Origin: Candidatus Bathyarchaeota archaeon | Lineage (GTDB): Archaea > Thermoproteota > Bathyarchaeia > 40CM-2-53-6 | DNA: 64,000 bases | NCBI GenBank assembly: GCA_963780265.1 | Contig: CAWABQ010000010.1 | Location: 32,288 to 96,287 of the forward strand | Direction: 5' to 3' | Part shown: in pieces, positions 1-7,733 of the stretch | Position numbering within the stretch: position 1 is the stretch's first letter | How the letters are laid out: each line of letters starts with the position of its first letter | Position numbers and translations under genes: made by a program | The notes under the pieces: model-generated | The model's database searches: none | Told to the model about the DNA's origin: nothing | Seen by the model: only the letters and a program-made list of their open reading frames with translations

Positions 1-47
1 TCGAAGACGAATATATGAAAAGAAAGGGGCCGTGCCTTACACCTGTA

Positions 48-548
48 CTAGAAGTGAGTGAGAAGCAGCGGGATTCCTGAACATGCGTAGTAGTTTTGGT
101 TGTACGGAATTGTGCCCTGGACGGAAACGTATCCGGTCGGATAGTTCGTGACCATGTTGCCATACTGGTCGTAGAGGGCGTATGTGAACCCGGTGTTCGT
201 GTTCGTCAAGTAAATGCAGCCGCCAGCCACTTGGCTTGGAGCTAGGTAGCCGTAGATCTGCTGAGTTTGGCCCTGGCCGTAGCATTGGTACTGGTTCGGA
301 TACTGACACTGATAGTTAGGATTCCCAAAGTTGTAATTAGGGTAGAGATTCTGCGTTGAGACAGATGTGCTCACAACCGTCTTAGTCTCAGTAGAGAAAG
401 ATGTTTCCGTCTGCGTCTGCGACACCGTACCAGTAGTCGAAGACGTCACAGTCGAAATTTGAGGATGCCCAACGAAATACACTGTAGTCCCTGAAATACC
501 TGCAAACGCAGCGACAACAGCCACAATGATCACGACAACTGGAAACAA
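48..548 (-). CDS. hypothetical membrane-anchored protein, Thr-rich linker followed by Tyr/Gln/Asn/Gly-rich low-complexity domain
   Basis: ORF track 166 aa. N-terminal hydrophobic helix (MFPVVVIIVAVVAAFAG), then TSSTTGTVSQTQTETSFSTETKT, then YPNYNFGNPNYQCQYPNQYQCYGQGQ. Last gene of a same-strand operon-like run. No recognisable family. Confidence 0.4.
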   Translation of the reverse strand: MFPVVVIIVAVVAAFAGISGTTVYFVGHPQISTVTSSTTGTVSQTQTETSFSTETKTVVSTSVSTQNLYPNYNFGNPNYQCQYPNQYQCYGQGQTQQIYGYLAPSQVAGGCIYLTNTNTGFTYALYDQYGNMVTNYPTGYVSVQGTIPYNQNYYACSGIPLLLTHF

Positions 549-593
549 CCAGTGAGGGTAAACTGTGCGCAGGTTGAGATTCCATTCTTCAAT

Positions 594-755
594 TCACCCC
601 CTCGTCTTCTTGGCTTTGAATTCTCGAAGCCAACTCGAAAACCGAACGCCCACGTAACCTATGGAGAGGAAGGCGCCTAGAACAACAATCACAAGAAGAT
701 TGATGCTCGGGTAACGAATTGCTAAGTAGACCGCAAGCCAGGGGAATAAGACCAT
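594..755 (-). CDS. small hydrophobic protein (about 53 aa, two predicted TM segments), unannotated in ORF track
   Basis: My translation gives MVLFPWLAVYLAIRYPSINLLVIVVLGAFLSIGYVGVRFSSWLREFKAKKTRG. It sits between the ATPase and the Y/Q/N-rich gene on the same strand. Start uncertain (an upstream in-frame extension is possible). Confidence 0.25.
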   Translation of the reverse strand: MVLFPWLAVYLAIRYPSINLLVIVVLGAFLSIGYVGVRFSSWLREFKAKKTRG

Positions 756-850
756 GCCGAGGAGGAGCAGTTTCTCTTTCAGCGGGATTTGCGGGACTTG
801 GCCTACATTTTGCCTTTTCCCGTTACTCGGTTGATTGTCGACTTCGGCTT

Positions 851-1537
851 CTATTTCACGTACTTTCGTTGCGAAGCTAAGTCGAGGAACTTTTGTCGCG
901 CCAACAAAGGTATTCTCCGTGTGACTAGCACCCAGCCTTTCTCACGCTTCGCTTTGGCGACCTTGAGGAGCTCAAGCTCAGAGTCCCCTATCCCGTACTC
1001 GTTTCTGTAGAAATCTCTGTCCCACTTCGCAAGGGGAGCAGACATTAACAAAACTCCCGCATAATTCGTCCTAGTATCCAGAGGAGTCCCCTGGATCCTA
1101 TGAGTTGAGAAAACGATTCCACAGACTCCTTCCCGTAAACCCGTTCTTTCCTTCATAATGTGTCGAATTCTGAAGAAGTCTGCAAGAACCGAGTCAGGGA
1201 TTACAACCTTGGTTGCGTCCTCAATAATGAGGATTTGACAGAATTTCTTTTCCCACTTTGCCTGAAGCATTAACGCGAAGTCATGGGCATTCGCCCTCAT
1301 CACAGCGACGTTCCGTCGACCATAATGTTTCACCGCCTCGTTGACGACAAGCTTAGCCGTATTGCTCTTGCCGCTGGACATGTCACCGTTCACATAGAGT
1401 ATGAATTGTTCGATCGCATTATCATCAAGATCATCTGAAGCTTGGAAGAGTTCAGCTGGGAATAATTGGTTGAAATATTTCTCTAAGTCGACTTCTGGAA
1501 CACGGGGCAGAGCCATACATTCCTCCAAGATGCTCAA
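851..1537 (-). CDS. P-loop NTPase of unknown family
   Basis: Walker A GDMSSGKS and Walker B-like hydrophobic strand ILIIED. Start overlaps the stop of the upstream membrane-protein gene by 4 nt, indicating translational coupling. Confidence 0.5.
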   Translation of the reverse strand: MSILEECMALPRVPEVDLEKYFNQLFPAELFQASDDLDDNAIEQFILYVNGDMSSGKSNTAKLVVNEAVKHYGRRNVAVMRANAHDFALMLQAKWEKKFCQILIIEDATKVVIPDSVLADFFRIRHIMKERTGLREGVCGIVFSTHRIQGTPLDTRTNYAGVLLMSAPLAKWDRDFYRNEYGIGDSELELLKVAKAKREKGWVLVTRRIPLLARQKFLDLASQRKYVK

Positions 1538-1899
1538 CCTTTCTTAAACCCAAGAGCGAACATGAGGGCTGCCGGGCCGCTGAAAGCTGTGATGCTGGCT
1601 AAGATGGGACTCAGAGATCCTAGACTGCTAATGGCCGAAGTCAACAGCGTTTGACCTGAGGCTGAGATTGCGTCCCAATGAATTGTTACCGTGATCCATC
1701 CCTGCCCTTCAGCCCAAGCCGTCGCCGCGATGATGAGCCCGATGAAGAATGCAGTAACGTACATGACTATTTTCGCAACTTTCTTCACAAGCCAGCCGCT
1801 CACAAAACCGACACCGCCCCCGCTAACAATTTGCGGCAGCAACGAAGATAATGATGAAATGTCAAAGGCCATTTTGGAGTTCACCCTCAAATCAGACAA
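1534..1899 (-). CDS. small integral membrane protein (2-3 TM)
   Basis: Hydrophobic segments GGGVGFVSGWLV and YVTAFFIGLIIAATAWA. Coupled to the downstream ATPase gene. Confidence 0.4.
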   Translation of the reverse strand: MSDLRVNSKMAFDISSLSSLLPQIVSGGGVGFVSGWLVKKVAKIVMYVTAFFIGLIIAATAWAEGQGWITVTIHWDAISASGQTLLTSAISSLGSLSPILASITAFSGPAALMFALGFKKG

Positions 1900-1910
1900 T
1901 CTGCGACATG

Positions 1911-2120
1911 CTAGCGTTTGGGATATGGTGTCCCATGTTTGCGGGCGTGTCCTGTCTCGAAATTCATGAGGTCAAGTTGGTTGTTTCCGCTCGCGGTCAC
2001 TAGGTCTCGTATGAGGGCCGCTAGGAGTGACTCGATGCGTTTGGGGTTCTTGCGGTTCCTCTCGGCCAAGCAGAGGACCATACCTACGCCTTCGATCATG
2101 CCTTCAAGGCGATCATTCAT
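1911..2120 (-). CDS. hypothetical small protein (69 aa)
   Basis: ORF in tight same-strand spacing (11 nt to the next gene). No recognisable motif. Confidence 0.25.
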   Translation of the reverse strand: MNDRLEGMIEGVGMVLCLAERNRKNPKRIESLLAALIRDLVTASGNNQLDLMNFETGHARKHGTPYPKR

Positions 2121-2193
2121 TCATTTTCACCTCTCCTTCTCAGCCTTGTCCATGGCTTTGTACATCTCATTCAACCATCCATCTTCACTACTT

Positions 2194-2553
2194 CTACTCG
2201 GCAGCTGAGGCTTGAGCGATTATGCGAGACTGGATCGCCGTCTTCCTGGCCAGGAGCGCTTCAGCGTTCCGCGCGATCATCAGCCGAATCCCTTCACGGA
2301 TAGGATCCCCTAGATCCCTGTAGTTACAGAGGTCCACGATTTCGCCGAGTTGGCTCCATGCGTTGCTGGAAACGATCAGGTCCTTGACGATTAGGTTCTT
2401 CAGGTCCCACTCTTCAGCTGTGGGCGTCGGAGGTTTGTCGCCAGGCTTCTTGATCAGGGTTTGAATGTACTGTTCTACGGTGAGGTCCTTGTACTTCGCC
2501 GTCTTCTCAAGCAGATTATAAGTCTCATTGGTCATCAGAATTTTCTTGCTCAT
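2194..2553 (-). CDS. ribbon-helix-helix (CopG-like) domain protein, about 119 aa
   Basis: Track ORF runs to 2619, but the ATG for MSKKILMTNETYNLLEKTAKYKDLTVEQYIQTLI is preceded by GGAGGTGA at a 7-nt spacer. The beta-strand/helix pattern is typical of RHH N-terminal domains. Confidence 0.4.
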   Translation of the reverse strand: MSKKILMTNETYNLLEKTAKYKDLTVEQYIQTLIKKPGDKPPTPTAEEWDLKNLIVKDLIVSSNAWSQLGEIVDLCNYRDLGDPIREGIRLMIARNAEALLARKTAIQSRIIAQASAAE

Positions 2554-2694
2554 GCATCCGTCACCTCCTCGGTTGCGGTCAAGGGTTTCATTGGGTTGTG
2601 GAACAGTGAGACGTGACACACGTTCACCTGTACCCTGAGAAGGTCTTCTTCACTTGTTTTGGCTAAGTCGAATCGTGCCATGGGTTCTTTCGCC

Positions 2695-2748
2695 GCTTCT
2701 ATAACAGAAGCACAAGCAATATATTAACGTTGCTTCTATAACTGAAGC
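2695..2748. promoter_or_regulatory. two direct copies of a 17-bp palindromic site GCTTCTATAAC(A/T)GAAGC flanking a TATA-like AATATATTA; putative operator/promoter of the 2759 gene
   Basis: Copies at 2695-2711 and 2732-2748 are each GCTTC-N7-GAAGC. The AT-rich box at 2718-2726 is about 35 nt upstream of the ATG at 2759. The region is divergent from the RHH gene. Confidence 0.45.
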
Positions 2749-2758
2749 GGAAAGGAAC

Positions 2759-2959
2759 ATGTTCACTAGGATCCTAACCACGAAGGAACGCCGGCGAATC
2801 CAAGCCTACATCGACGCTGACGGCGAGAGAACATCAGCGATCCGAACGATAGTCACAAGGGCGAACCAGGTGCTACCGTCGATCGAGAAGGACCTGCAGC
2901 TCCTCAAAGAGCTCTTGGAACATTACGAGGCTGCGAAGGCCAAGAAGGGGCGAGGTTGA
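2759..2959 (+). CDS. hypothetical small helical protein (66 aa)
   Basis: ATG immediately downstream of the operator-like repeats. Basic N-terminus (TKERRRIQ). No family recognised. Confidence 0.35.
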   Translation: MFTRILTTKERRRIQAYIDADGERTSAIRTIVTRANQVLPSIEKDLQLLKELLEHYEAAKAKKGRG

Positions 2960-3098
2960 TCGGGGCAGTTTCAAACTCTTAGATGTAAAAGAGGGGGGGC
3001 TGAGGATCCCGACGCAACAAGTATTACATGCGCAGTGGAAAAGGTGGCATGTGGATATCAAGCATGCGAAGCTAGGTTCAACATCCAAGGCTTGAACT

Positions 3099-3410
3099 GT
3101 GGCGTCCCTCTTGAAGTTCTACCATTACACGAAGGAAAGAAGACTTCGCTCCATTCAGAAATACGGACTACTCCCCGGAAAATCTGACAAAGCATTCGTG
3201 TATCTTTGGGACTCGTACGAGTTGGCGCTTGACAATTGCATCATCTTGACAAGGGACAGGAGAAAGCCTGCGAAGGTTGCGATTCTTCAGGTAAATATTC
3301 CTAAGTCTTGGACAGAAGCCGACGATGGTTACTGTGTGGGAGAAACAGGCCACGGGCATTCGTTCCGGCTTAGAAGACGAGTAAGCCCTCGGCGATTGAA
3401 GCTCCTTTAG
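3099..3410 (+). CDS. hypothetical protein (103 aa)
   Basis: ORF only. Basic C-terminus. No recognisable motifs. Confidence 0.25.
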   Translation: MASLLKFYHYTKERRLRSIQKYGLLPGKSDKAFVYLWDSYELALDNCIILTRDRRKPAKVAILQVNIPKSWTEADDGYCVGETGHGHSFRLRRRVSPRRLKLL

Positions 3411-3833
3411 GTAGACTGACCTTGGAGCCTGCTTCAATTACGCTGAGCAGCCTGATGCGCAAAGCATGGGGCTACTTCAGGGGGATCAGAAAGCAATCAC
3501 CGAGACCGAGAGAGGCCTCATTGCCCTTGGCTGCGTCCACTCTGTCCAGTCTGTCCACGGTTCTAGATACCTAAGCTACAACTGCCAAAGGAGATCTTCT
3601 TAGCTTTCGAAACCCGCGGTGATTGAAGCTACACGGTAGGGTTTGCGTGTCACCATTTAACGGGGGATGTCAACAGAGTGAGAGAACTAGGTAGCGAGAC
3701 ACTAGGAGCATTGCTTTGTCTCTAGGTGAGAGCCCTTCCAGCATCACTAGGAATTATTTCTAGTCAATCTTTTCTAGCTAGAGAGCGTAAGGGCCTCTAT
3801 CCCTTGGGCTACAGTAGCCAACTGGTGAAATTC

Positions 3834-4397
3834 ATGCGTAATGGGGCAACAAAAGGCTTAGTAATCACCGTGAGCGGCCCCCATGGAACAGGCAAGTCGA
3901 CTTACGCAAAAGCCCTCGCGGAAGCTTTGGGGTTGCGGTATGTCTCCGCAGGAGAATTGTTCAGGGACCTAGCGAAGGAAAGAAACCTATCCCTGGAGGC
4001 TTTCAGTAACCTTGCCGCCGAGGACCCTACGATAGACAAGATGATTGATGAGAGGACCAAGGCCGAAGCTAGGAGGGGGGGCATCGTAATCGACGCGCAG
4101 CTTGGAGCTTGGATGGTTAAGGACATTGCAGACGTAAAATTACTCATGGTCGCACCCGATGAAGTCCGTTTCAAGCGAATAGCCGATAGAGATGGCGCAT
4201 CGCTCGCTTCCGCGAAGAAGGAAACAATAGCCCGCGAAGACATACAGAAACAGCGTTACAAGAAATATTACGGAATCGAGGTGGATGAGCCAGGCATCTA
4301 TGATCTTAAGATAGACACCAGCCTGTACTCGGTCGAACAAACCAAGTCCCTTGTTATTGCAGAAGTGCGAAAACTTCTCGCCAAGAAAGAAACTTGA
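3834..4397 (+). CDS. cmk: cytidylate (CMP) kinase, archaeal type
   Basis: P-loop VITVSGPHGTGKST begins right after the internal ATG at 3834. Length about 187 aa. Conserved archaeal context cmk-rpl14e-cbf5. Confidence 0.8.
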   Translation: MRNGATKGLVITVSGPHGTGKSTYAKALAEALGLRYVSAGELFRDLAKERNLSLEAFSNLAAEDPTIDKMIDERTKAEARRGGIVIDAQLGAWMVKDIADVKLLMVAPDEVRFKRIADRDGASLASAKKETIAREDIQKQRYKKYYGIEVDEPGIYDLKIDTSLYSVEQTKSLVIAEVRKLLAKKET

Positions 4398-4470
4398 ACA
4401 ACCTTGCGCTGATGGGCACCCTTATTTATTGCCGCGAATCTACTGCGGTGAACAACCCGCGTGAAGCATT

Positions 4471-4767
4471 ATGCCAAGCATGGAAGTTGGCCGAATCTGC
4501 GTTAAACTCTTGGGCCGTGAAACCGGCAGGAAATGTGTGGTCGTTGACGTCGTCGACAAGAACTTCGTTTTGGTCACAGGCCCAAAGTCGGTTACGGGTG
4601 TCAGGCGTAGGCGGACTAATGTTGACCATTTGGAGCCCACAGCTGAAAGCGTTGAGGTGAAGAAAGGTGCTCCGGACGATGAGGTCGAGAAGGCCTTGAC
4701 CAAGGATAAGAAGACGAAATTCATGAAAGAAGAGCTCCTGCCGACAATGAAGCCGGTAGCAAGTTGA
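4471..4767 (+). CDS. rpl14e: 50S ribosomal protein L14e
   Basis: N-terminus MPSMEVGRICVKLLGRETGRKCVVVDVVDKNFVLVTGP is the L14e/KOW signature. Length 98 aa. Confidence 0.8.
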   Translation: MPSMEVGRICVKLLGRETGRKCVVVDVVDKNFVLVTGPKSVTGVRRRRTNVDHLEPTAESVEVKKGAPDDEVEKALTKDKKTKFMKEELLPTMKPVAS

Positions 4768-4826
4768 CCTTCTAAACTTCCAGTTCAAATCGCACTCTGC
4801 CGTACGCCGAACTTGGCGGACGACAG

Positions 4827-5913
4827 ATGTTCTTGGTTTCTGATCGTCGTGTTACTCTACTTAATAGCATCAAAGGCGTAAGAAATCGCGAAGAGGTGAA
4901 CCGTTTGCAGAATCTCATGCCCTGGCAGGTCACTAGAGAACTGGTCGCGAAAGCCGACGATGTGACCGACCCGCGTTATGGCTTCACGCCGGAAGAAAGA
5001 CCAATGCCACTACGAATCAAGTACGGCATCATCAACGTCGATAAGCCTGCTGGGCCGTCGAGCCATGAAATAGTTGCTTGGATCAAGCGCATGATGAAAT
5101 TGTCCCACGCCGGCCACGGTGGAACCCTAGAGACATAACTGTCGGGGTAATCCCAAAGTAACCGGCGTTTTGCCCGTAGGCCTACAAGATGCCACGAAGG
5201 TCATTCAGGGCTTTCTCTACTCGGGCAAGGAATACGTTTGCATAATGCAAATTCACGCCGACATCCCCGAAGCAACTGTTCGCGACGTCCTAAGCCAATT
5301 CGTGGGCGAGATTTACCAGAAACCACCGCTTAGAGCGTCCGTGAAAAGGGAGACGAGGAAACGTTTCATCTACCAACTCAACGTGCACGAAGTAGACGGG
5401 CGGACAGCCCTCTTCACATGCTCATGCCAAGCCGGCACCTACATCCGTAAGCTTTGCTCTGACATCGGTGAAGTGCTCGGTTGTGGTGCCCACATGCGGG
5501 AGCTGAGGAGGACGCGTGCGGGCCCATTAAGCGAGAATGATGGGATTGTGACCTTGCATGAATTGAGTGCGGCGCAATCCGATTTCGAGGCCGATAACGA
5601 AGCGCCCCTGCGGAACATAATCAAGCCCATGGAAGTGGCGCTCTCTGCCCTTCCGCATATTGTAATTCGTGATTCGGCGGTTGACGCGGTTTGCCACGGA
5701 GCCGAATTAGCTTTACCGGGCATAGTGAAATTGGATTCCTTGATTGAGCGTAACAAGTTTGTTGCGGTGTTTACGTTGAAAGGGGAAGGGGTCGCATTAG
5801 GGCGCGCCTTGATGGCGTCTAGGGAGATGCTTGACCAGGAGAAGGGGGTGGCTGTGAAGACTGAACGGGTTCTCATGGAGCGAGGGACGTACCCGGCCCT
5901 CTGGAAGCACTGA
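4827..5913 (+). CDS. cbf5: tRNA/rRNA pseudouridine synthase Cbf5 (TruB family), coding sequence interrupted by a 19-nt insertion at the catalytic Asp codon (candidate mRNA intron)
   Basis: Exon 1 ends GIINVDKPAGPSSHEIVAWIKRMMKLSHAGHGGTL. Exon 2 continues PKVTGVLPVGLQDATKV...PUA domain...YPALWKH. Removing 5132-5150 restores GTLDPKV, the universally conserved TruB motif. Confidence 0.85.
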
Positions 5914-6192
5914 TTTCGCGGGTGCTTCGAGAGCCGGATGTCCATCCTATGTTATACATTGGGGCCTCCGGCACGGACGCAGGCTTGAATGTGCGTTTCA
6001 TTATGTGGTGTAGTTTTCTGGGTACAACATGTTACTCGTCCCGAAGGCCAGTGGAGAAATGACTGTGTATAACATATGCTAGGCATCCTTTCGTTCCATC
6101 CGCTATGCGTTGGTTGATTGTACACTGTTTCGCCTTTGCTTGAGAAGCCCGAACAGGCTTAAATTGGGCTAGGAATTGTGAAACCATTTGGA

Positions 6193-6310
6193 GCCGGGGT
6201 TCCCGAGCCTGGTACGGGGCAGATTCACCTAGCCTAAGCCTGGAATCAACGGAACCGCAAGCCTGTGGTCCTTACGGGCCTCGAGGGTTCAAATCCCTCT
6301 CCCGGCGCCA
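6193..6310 (+). tRNA. tRNA gene, 118 nt with encoded CCA, intron-containing; isotype unresolved (type II features suggest Leu or Ser)
   Basis: Acceptor GCCGGGG pairs with UCCCGGC, then discriminator G and CCA. D-arm CCCG-AGCCUGGUA-CGGG. T-arm GAGGG-UUCAAAU-CCCUC. Candidate variable arm GGUCC-UUAC-GGGCC. There are 64 nt between the D and T arms where about 22-39 are expected, so one or more introns are present. I could not identify the anticodon by eye. Confidence 0.6.
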
Positions 6311-6355
6311 TTCAAAATGTTTCTTTCGGAATGCGCGCATTTTCGTGTCGTTCTA

Positions 6356-6481
6356 ATGGAAGAGGGACAAAACCGAGTAGCAACTTACCGTGATAATCAC
6401 AAGCGACTGTCTGAGATCGAAGGAAAATATGATCCAACGAACCTATTCCGCGTAAACCAAAACATAACGCCTGCTCAGTGA
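6356..6481 (+). pseudogene. C-terminal remnant of an FAD-linked oxidase (BBE / berberine-bridge-enzyme-like domain)
   Basis: Translation ...ATYRDNHKRLSEIEGKYDPTNLFRVNQNITPAQ* matches the conserved BBE C-terminal motif (KYDPxNxFRxNQNIxP). The upstream frame runs into the tRNA, so about 450 aa of the gene are missing. Confidence 0.45.
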
Positions 6482-6484
6482 GTG

Positions 6485-7210
6485 TCACTCTTCCAAAGTG
6501 GCTTCGAAGTTCTCGCCGACCTTAAGCGGGTGCGATCTAGAGTCGAAGCTCACATTTCTCATGCTTCTAATCCGAATCACGCTCCTCGCCTCCTCCGTAG
6601 TCTCATCCAATTTGAAATCGATCACCCCGTCACAAGCCGCTTCAAGGTTCTTGTAGGTCGAATCGCTATGAATGCCTTTGATAATCCCCATTATCCCTGT
6701 GGATCTCCAGAGAGATGCTATGGGAATCATTCTGGTTCTGACAAATTCAACCCAGCTCTTTTCTTCGTTGAATCTCGCAAGACACGAGGCATCATCCAAT
6801 ATTCGCAACCAGTCAGGTGAGGGTTGGGGACGTTGCGCTGCAATTCCATCCTGAGTGCTCATCAAGTATTTTGCGAACAGTACGCTCAAATCAGCGGCCC
6901 TCAAGGAATAGAAGGCGAACTTTTCGTTTGATTTTCGGCCAAGGGTGGCTGTGTACCAGTCAAACACTCTAAATTTATCGTTTGCCTCGAGCTGTCCAAC
7001 ATCAAGCCCAAGTTGTGCAAGCTGTGTACGGATGTTCTCAGGTGGTTGTGTAGCAACATGATAACTAACAACTCCTCCACCCCTCAACCATTCCGCAGTG
7101 ATGCTGAGAGAGGCTTGGTACCATGATGACGTCGGGTCGTACTCGACTAGGAGCGATGACCCAGACGGTAGTGGCGCCTTGAGCAAGTTTTCGATGAGGG
7201 CAACACGCAT
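6485..7210 (-). CDS. RecA/KaiC-superfamily domain protein with degenerate P-loop
   Basis: N-terminus LIENLLKAPLPSGSSLLVEYDPTSS resembles KaiC/RadA-like proteins ([26 protein letters not shown]) but lacks GKT. Confidence 0.35.
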   Translation of the reverse strand: MRVALIENLLKAPLPSGSSLLVEYDPTSSWYQASLSITAEWLRGGGVVSYHVATQPPENIRTQLAQLGLDVGQLEANDKFRVFDWYTATLGRKSNEKFAFYSLRAADLSVLFAKYLMSTQDGIAAQRPQPSPDWLRILDDASCLARFNEEKSWVEFVRTRMIPIASLWRSTGIMGIIKGIHSDSTYKNLEAACDGVIDFKLDETTEEARSVIRIRSMRNVSFDSRSHPLKVGENFEATLEE

Positions 7211-7322
7211 TAATTCAAGACCTCAAAACTCTACGGCGATGCAAGCACGACTTGTTGACGTGAGGGTTACACCAAAACATAAATTTGTCGTATCATATAG
7301 AGCAGGGCCAGGGTCAGAAAGA

Positions 7323-7574
7323 ATGCCGCTCTATATGGACATACATTACAAGATTCACGGGTTGACGGCTGAAGCGATCATGGCTGCTCATGCAAAAGAT
7401 CTTCAAGTTCAGGACAAATACGGAGTGAAATATCTGAAATACTGGTTCGACGAGTCAACGGGAAAAGCGTTCTGCATGATAGACGCCCCAAGCAAGGAAG
7501 CCGCCACGGCAGTACACAAAGAGGCCCACGGCCTAGTCGCGGACGAGATTGTTGAGGTTAAGGAAGGTTCCTAA
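7323..7574 (+). CDS. DUF4242 (SCO4226-like nickel-binding) family protein
   Basis: MPLYMDIHYKIHGLTAEAIMAAHAKDLQVQDKYGVKYLKYWFDESTGKAFCMIDAPSKEAATAVHKEAHGLVADEIVEVKE matches the DUF4242 pattern. Start chosen at the internal ATG. Confidence 0.5.
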   Translation: MPLYMDIHYKIHGLTAEAIMAAHAKDLQVQDKYGVKYLKYWFDESTGKAFCMIDAPSKEAATAVHKEAHGLVADEIVEVKEGS

Positions 7575-7733
7575 TTTCTGCGGGTCAACCGTTCTTTATC
7601 CTCTTTTCAGGGAACGATTCATGGCCAATACTCTGTAACTGAGCCAAGTATTTGTCAGTTCGTGAATCCTACAGGGAAAGCAAGAGATGGCATTCCACCG
7701 CTCGCCCGATTGGACACCGCACATGAATGATGT

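Noticed and set aside
3902-4243. Minus-strand ORFs overlapping cmk (3902..4243, 4140..4340) and L14e (4426..4788, 4440..4724)
   Set aside because: They overlap confidently assigned genes on the opposite strand and have no recognisable features.
5130-5152. cbf5 disruption as just another sequencing indel
   Set aside because: The insertion is 19 nt with internal secondary-structure potential and its removal restores the catalytic codon exactly. This is unlike the +/-1 homopolymer errors elsewhere, so it is kept as a candidate intron (reported in findings).
5439-5945. 168-aa minus-strand ORF within cbf5
   Set aside because: Antisense to the Cbf5 PUA-domain region; composition atypical.
6482-6820. 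112-aa plus-strand ORF
   Set aside because: Completely overlapped by the longer minus-strand KaiC-like ORF, which has a recognisable fold pattern.
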